From the NCBI RefSeq assembly GCF_004010195.1, contig NC_057757.1, positions 4,374,314-4,401,493 of the forward strand: a stretch of 27,180 nt of DNA, given 5' to 3'. The notes under the pieces are model-generated. The model did no database searches and was not told the origin of the DNA. It worked only from the letters and a program-made list of their open reading frames with translations. Positions within the stretch are counted from its first letter, which is position 1, and every line of letters begins with the position of its first letter. Both the position numbers and the translations under genes were made by a program. The stretch is from Chiloscyllium plagiosum. Taxonomy: Eukaryota. This document shows positions 21,841 to 27,180 of the stretch, one piece after another.

Positions 21841-23164
21841 GAAGAGGGAGGGGGAGGGGGAGGAAGGGGATGGAGAGAGAAAGAAAGAGTTCAAGAGTGG
21901 GAGGGGGCAGAGAGGAAGAAGAAGCAAACTGGATAGCTCCTATAACTCCCAGCATTGGCACAATGGGCTAAATGCTGCCTCCCCCCCCACCCCCCCCCCC
22001 TCCTTCTGTACCATTCCACAGAAACAGCCTTTTTAACTGGGTTAAAAAAAGACAGAAGGGCTGAAGGGTCTATTTCCATACAATAAGGATTCTTAAAAAA
22101 CATTCTAAAGTCTCTGTCTTTAAACAGTTGAAACTATGACAGTGTGTCAGTGGATTTCCAGTCTATGACGAGATGCTTGCTTTCCAAATCCCTTCTCTTT
22201 ATTAACTGCAAGCGAAAGTCAATGTCGAAGGGCAGTGTTATTTTCTGTTTCGCACAGACTTCTCTGTTTTTTTCTGTTGTGGTAGTTTTAGGACCTTTCC
22301 TTTCATCTTCTTGCCTCAGTGCACGTGACAATAAAATCAATTCAACTCAATAAACGGAAATGTTGCAACTGACCAAAGGTTTTCTGATTTACAAATCATT
22401 TTGTCTCAGCTTGTCTTTCTTTGTTTCTGGGTGTAAGTCAGTACTGCAGATTCAGGAGATTAGAGTCAAGGTTAGAGTGGTGCTGGAAAAGCACAACAGG
22501 TCGGGCAGCATCCGAGGAGCAGGAAAACTGTTATTCCTGCACCACTTTAATATTGCGTTTTTTTTTTCAATTTGCCCTCAAGAGCACTTTCGCAGAGCGA
22601 CAGCTGTCCTTGAACGCTTTTAAAGTTCCATTTGTTTTTAAAAATGGGTCTGTCCTGGGACTTTAGTTTTAGTTTTTAAAGTGTTAAGAGAGGCTGAGGG
22701 CTTGGGGACAGATTTATCGGCTTTGGTTTTGGTTGTCACACCTTGGTCTCATTGGTAAATGTAACTTAACTCTGAAACTGATGGATCAGCATTAAGAAAA
22801 GGACTTTTCAAGGGCTGCCAATTGTTTTTTTTACCTTTTCTGTTCACTCGTTGTCACTGACCAGTTGTCACATCTACTTTTCAGTGCGCGTTGGGTGATG
22901 TATGGCTTTCTACATGTCAGCCTACGTAAGCTAGCCTGCTAGGACTGGGTTCTGTTGCATACCCTAGTTATCCCTGCTCTGGAATGGGAGGACCATGGAA
23001 ACTAAGTAACTCCCACAGACCTAGGGCTTAAGGGAGGCAGGTCAGGGTGGGTCCGGGCTCACTACAGATCCCTCTACCCCTGGTGGATGTAGATCCCTCC
23101 GTTTGCATCAATGAGAAGATGACAATTGTTTTCTTGGTGGTCAGTGGACTCCTGTGTTTGCAAT

Positions 23165-23600
23165 CTTAGAGTCATAGAGATGTACAGCACAGAAACAGAC
23201 CCTTCGGCCCAATTCGTCCATGCCAACCCGATATCCCAACCTCATCTAGTCCTATTTGCCAGCACCCGGCCCATATCCCTCCAAACCCTTCCTATTCATA
23301 TTCCCATCCAGATGCCTTTTAAATGTTGCAATTGTACCAGACTCCACCACATCCTCTGGCAGCTCATTCCATACACGTACCACCCTCTGCATGAAAACGT
23401 TGCCCCTTACGTCTCTTTTATATCTTTCCCCTTTCACCTTAAACCTATGCCCTCTAGTTTTGGACACCCCCACTCCAGAAAAAAGACCTTGTCTATTTAC
23501 CCTATCCATGCCCCTCATGATTTTATAAATCTCAACAAGGTCACCCCTCAACCTCCGATGCTCCAGGGAAAACAGCCCCGGCCTATTCAGCCTTTCCCCT
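23165..23600 (-). mobile_element. CR1 LINE 3' fragment
   Basis: ORF 23252-23551: RGDLVEIYKIMRGMDRV...WNELPEDVVES. Confidence 0.92.
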
Positions 23601-23719
23601 TGCCGTGCCTACACAAGCTGCTCTGTTACCCAGATCACAATGGTGGCTATAAAACACAGACAGACTTCCACAAATCAACAGTCAATCTCTCCACCGCCGA
23701 CAATCAGTTATCGTAGGAT

Positions 23720-24405
23720 AGAATTCCCACAGCCATTCAGCCTATCTGGCTTATGCTGACTACCATCCCCCCCGCCGACTCCCACCAGGAGTATCCCACT
23801 AGATCTCGCCCCCAACCCTGCATTCCCCATGGTTAACCCATCCAGCCTGCACATTATGGGCAATTTCCCATGGCCAATCCACCCTACCTGCACTCCTTTG
23901 GACTGGGGAAGGAAACATAGTGGCATGGTGGCTCAGTAGTTAGCATCGCTGCCTCACGGCCCAAGAGACCCGGGTTCGATTCTAACCTCGGGAGACAGTC
24001 TGTGTGGAGTTTGCACATTCTCCCCGTGTCTGCATGGGTTTCCTCTGGGTGTTGCGGTTTCCTCCCACAGTCCAAAGATGTGCAGGTCAGGGTGGATTGG
24101 CCGTGCCCAGGGATATGCAGGTTAGGTGCATTAGTCAGGGGTAAATGTAGTGTAATAGGTTCGGGGCTGAAAATGTGTTGCTAGAAAAGCACAGCAGCTC
24201 ATGCCCGAAACGTCGATTCTCCTGCTCCTTGGATGCTACCTGACCTGCTGTGCTTTTCCAGCAACACATTTTCAGCTCTGATCTCCAGTATCTGCAGTCC
24301 TCACTTTCTCCTCCTAATCAGTTCAGGGGAATGGGTCTGGGTGGGTTACTCTTTGGAGGGTTGGTGTGGACTTGTTGGGCCGAAGGGCCTGTTTCCACAC
24401 TATAA
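23720..24405. mobile_element. V-SINE cluster (minus fragment 23720-23912; plus copy 23921-24405) with a PLE terminal hairpin inserted at ~24167-24315
   Basis: tggcatggtggctcagtagttagcatcgctgcctcac head; insert gctgaaaatgtgttgct...gcaacacattttcagc. Confidence 0.8.
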
Positions 24406-24519
24406 GGGATGATGTGATGAAATTGGAGCACACCCACACAGACAAAGACAACCTGAGTCCCCTGCCCCCTGAGACAGTGCTGCTAACCACTGAGCCACCA
24501 GGCAGGGGGGGCTCCTCAG

Positions 24520-24810
24520 GCAGCACCTTTCAAAACCATGACCTTCATGATTTGGATGGACAAGGGCAGCAAATACATAGGAAAGCCGCCCCTCCCCCCC
24601 CACAAGTTCCCCTCCACTCCCCATCCAGACACAGAAATATATCGGCCGTTCCTTCGGTGTCGCAGGGTCACCCTCCCGAACAGCGCTGTGTGGGTGGCCC
24701 TACACCACACGGGACTGCGGTAGTTCAAGAAGGCAGCTCACCCCCACCTTCTCAAGGGGGCAACTAGGGACAGGGCAATAAAGCTGCACCTGGCCAGTGA
24801 TGCACTGCCA
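24520..24810 (+). mobile_element. LINE 3' end sharing the Deu-SINE-type tail
   Basis: ttcaagaaggcagctcacccccaccttctcaagggggcaactagggacagggcaataaagctg. Confidence 0.55.
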
Positions 24811-24958
24811 CCATGACTGAGAAACAAATGTCTGTTGTTTGTTCCGATAGGTCCAGTTGGCCAAGCATGGACATCGATGAATCTCCCCACGGACCAGACA
24901 TGGGGTGGGGGAAACCCTCAGTGGTGGAGGGTGTTGGGAACCAGATGCTCAAACATAC

Positions 24959-25554
24959 CTGTTCCTCTCCAATTCCCCACACATTTCCCCTCTGCCCACG
25001 CTGCCAGTTGGCACTGCCAATGGGCCACATTGTCGGAGATGTACCTTGGCATGAAGGAGCTGAGTGAATGCCATGAGCCGCGGACATTTTCCCTCGTTAT
25101 CCCGGAGATTATCAGAGAACATCTTATCCCTTTCCATCGCGCCCTCTGGGAGATTTATCTCGAATGTCACAATGATCCCTGTGAATATTTATTGGGCCAG
25201 GTGTGGGTGAGAGGGGGGGGGTGGGGCGGGGCAGACTCACCAACATTTGATGTGGCATCCTTGAAGAAGGAGATCAAGCAGGGACAGCGAGCATTCTGGG
25301 ACATGAAGTCAATGATGAGCAGTTTAACAAAATCATTTTGTGGAGTGAAGGAGAACGGTGTCTCTGAAAGAACAGATCGGAGCGCTAATGAGAGGTGAGA
25401 GGATGGGGAAAAGGACACTGGGGCATTGAACCTGTCCCACCCAGAGTTGCCGGCCCATCAGCGCACTCCCCCATGTCCCCACCAGCCCCAGGCCCCCACC
25501 AGACTCACAATCTCCCGGGAGATTGAGGACAAACAGTAAAGATGGGAATGCCAT
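24959..25554 (-). CDS. Open copy of the unidentified three-exon-like module (25554-25509, 25384-25241, 25178-24959)
   Basis: GT-AG bounded segments join in frame: MAFPSLLFVLNLPGD|SLRSVLSETPFSFTPQNDFVKLLIIDFMSQNARCPCLISFFKDATSNV|GIIVTFEINLPEGAMERDKMFSDNLRDNEGKCPRLMAFTQLLHAK... The second intron is only 62 nt. Confidence 0.38.
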
Positions 25555-25669
25555 TGAGGAATCGTAAAACTTTGCAAAACTCAGCCCTGAAACCAATCAC
25601 ACAAATTCTGGGAGACTGTATCTGAGCAATGGGGCCAATGAGGCACCATTAATGAAAACACTTTTTGCT

Positions 25670-26120
25670 CTGTGTAGAGGGAGCTTTACTCTGTATCTAA
25701 CCCCGTGCTGTCCCTGTCCTGGGAGTGTTTGATGGGGGACAGTGTAGGGGGAACTTTACTCTGTATCTAACCCCGTGCTGTCCATGTCCTGTGAGTGTTT
25801 GATGGGGAACTGTGCTGTCCCTGTCCTGGGAATGTTTGATGGGGGAACAGAGTAGAGGGAACTTTACTCTGTATCTAACCCCGCGCTGTCCCTGTCCTGG
25901 GAGTGTTTGATGGGGTACAGTGTAGAGGAAGCTTTACTCTGTATCTAACCCTGTGCTGCCCCTGTCCTGGGAGTGTTTGAAGGGGGACAGTGTAGAGAGA
26001 GCTTTACTCTGTATCTAACCCCCTGGTGCCCCTGTCCTGGGGGTATTTGATGCTGGGACAGTGTGGAGGGAGCTTTACTCTGTATCTAACCCTGTGCTGT
26101 CCCTGTCCTGGGAGTGTTGG
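25670..26120 (-). repeat. Dispersed ~70-bp minisatellite array (reverse orientation)
   Basis: gctttactctgtatctaaccccgtgctgtccctgtcctgggagtgtttgatggggg, about 6 copies. Confidence 0.93.
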
Positions 26121-26871
26121 ATTCTGGGACAGCATAGTGGGCAATAGACAGATAGAGTACCAATATCTCCATCTCACTGATCTTGTCATGCTCCATGGGG
26201 ATACTACCCTTCTGAACAAGAATCAAGAACTTGATAATGAGGCTCTTTTGCCAGCTGGGCACTTTGCATCCTCTGGTCTCTTAGGTAGTGCCATGGGGAG
26301 CTCTTTGCCCTTGGCAGGGGTGCACGTCTCTTGCAGGGATGGTACGAGTTGCCATACCAACTACCCTGACAATGAAGCAGTCTCACCCTGTTTGAAGAAG
26401 CTGGCTGTGGTGAGGTGCGCCAATCATGGCACAGGGTGTCCACTCAATGAAGGACAGTTGGCACGTCAAGGGGTCTGCCCAACGTCCAATTGGGTCATGG
26501 GTGCTAGGATTCTATCCTAGCCCCTGAAGCGACGGAGACAAGATGGATAGCACCCTTTGACCTCCACTGTCTCCGTGCCACGATGAAGCTGACCAGTTCC
26601 TGTCCAACTCTCTGCCAACCATCTCTTCCATTCCGGTGCTTCTACCGTTGCCAACTGCTGTGGTCAGGCCGGACTTGGTTGAGAGGAATATTTCAATATG
26701 TCACTGTGTGGAGACGAAGCCCTGGCATGGAGTCGCTCCTTTTGACAGCACTCTCGATAAAATAAGAAGGTCGCCATTTGACAATCCAAATGCCAGATTG
26801 GCCATGCCAACTCTGTCTTCTATGAAGGCGTGACAGCGAGCGACTGGCCAGAAATCCCTCTCCAGGAGTCC

Positions 26872-27180
26872 GAGTAGTTGTTGTCAAGCACGCTCCTGGG
26901 TGTGTCTGTGTGGTGTGTGTGTCTGTGTGTGTATGTCTGTCTCTGGGTGTGTCTCTCTAAACGTCTGTGGGTGTTGGTGGGTATCTGTGAGTGTGTGTGT
27001 GCGAGTAGTTGTTGTCAAGCACGCTCCTGGGTGTGTCTGTGTGGTGTGTGTGTCTGTGTGTGTATGTCTGTCTCTGGGTGTGTCTCTCTAAACGTCTGTG
27101 GGTGTTGGTGGGTATCTGTGAGTGTGTGTGTGTCTGTGTATGTGTGTGTGTGGATGGGGGGGTCTGTGTGTGGGAGGTCT
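26872..27180. repeat. TG-rich simple repeat with a ~131-bp tandem duplication
   Basis: gagtagttgttgtcaagcacgctcctgggtgtgtc at 26872 and 27003. Confidence 0.9.

Noticed and set aside
23119..23720. Hydrophobic MTIVFLVVSGLLCLQS before a CR1 insertion, and a TATAAAA at ~23648
   Set aside because: No splice donor or continuing frame, and the TATA lies downstream of the ATG. Consistent with chance.
26026..26887. Several 60-164 aa ORFs in unique sequence
   Set aside because: No recognisable domain or consistent exon chain. The longest starts inside a minisatellite.

Overview
Eukaryotic, repeat-dense DNA. The repeat complement (HE1-like V-SINEs, Deu-type SINEs, CR1 LINEs, a Rex1/Babar-like LINE, Penelope-like elements and a dispersed ~70-bp minisatellite) points to a cartilaginous fish, probably a shark; this is inference. 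The main result is not in the ORF track: the 5' part of a minus-strand gene built from very small phase-1 exons. It has a TATA-like/CCAAT promoter and a signal-peptide exon (5270-5216, MKYLCLFLLVSLMAVVMA). Micro-exons of 15, 18 and 24 nt follow (DPEPF, GHGGGY, GPGDYGGY), plus a homologous 21-nt exon (GHGDGYK) whose acceptor reads CAT instead of CAG. The Gly/Tyr exons sit in tandemly duplicated ~1.26-kb intron-exon units, and the gene runs off the left edge of the window. The predicted product is a secreted Gly/Tyr-rich protein with an X-Pro dipeptide N-terminus. A second unexplained feature is a ~770-bp three-exon-like module present twice in inverted orientation: 10.2-11.0 kb (disrupted) and 24.9-25.65 kb (open). 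The rest is transposon debris, minisatellites and two assembly gaps. All exon calls are read by eye from splice signals and have no transcript support.
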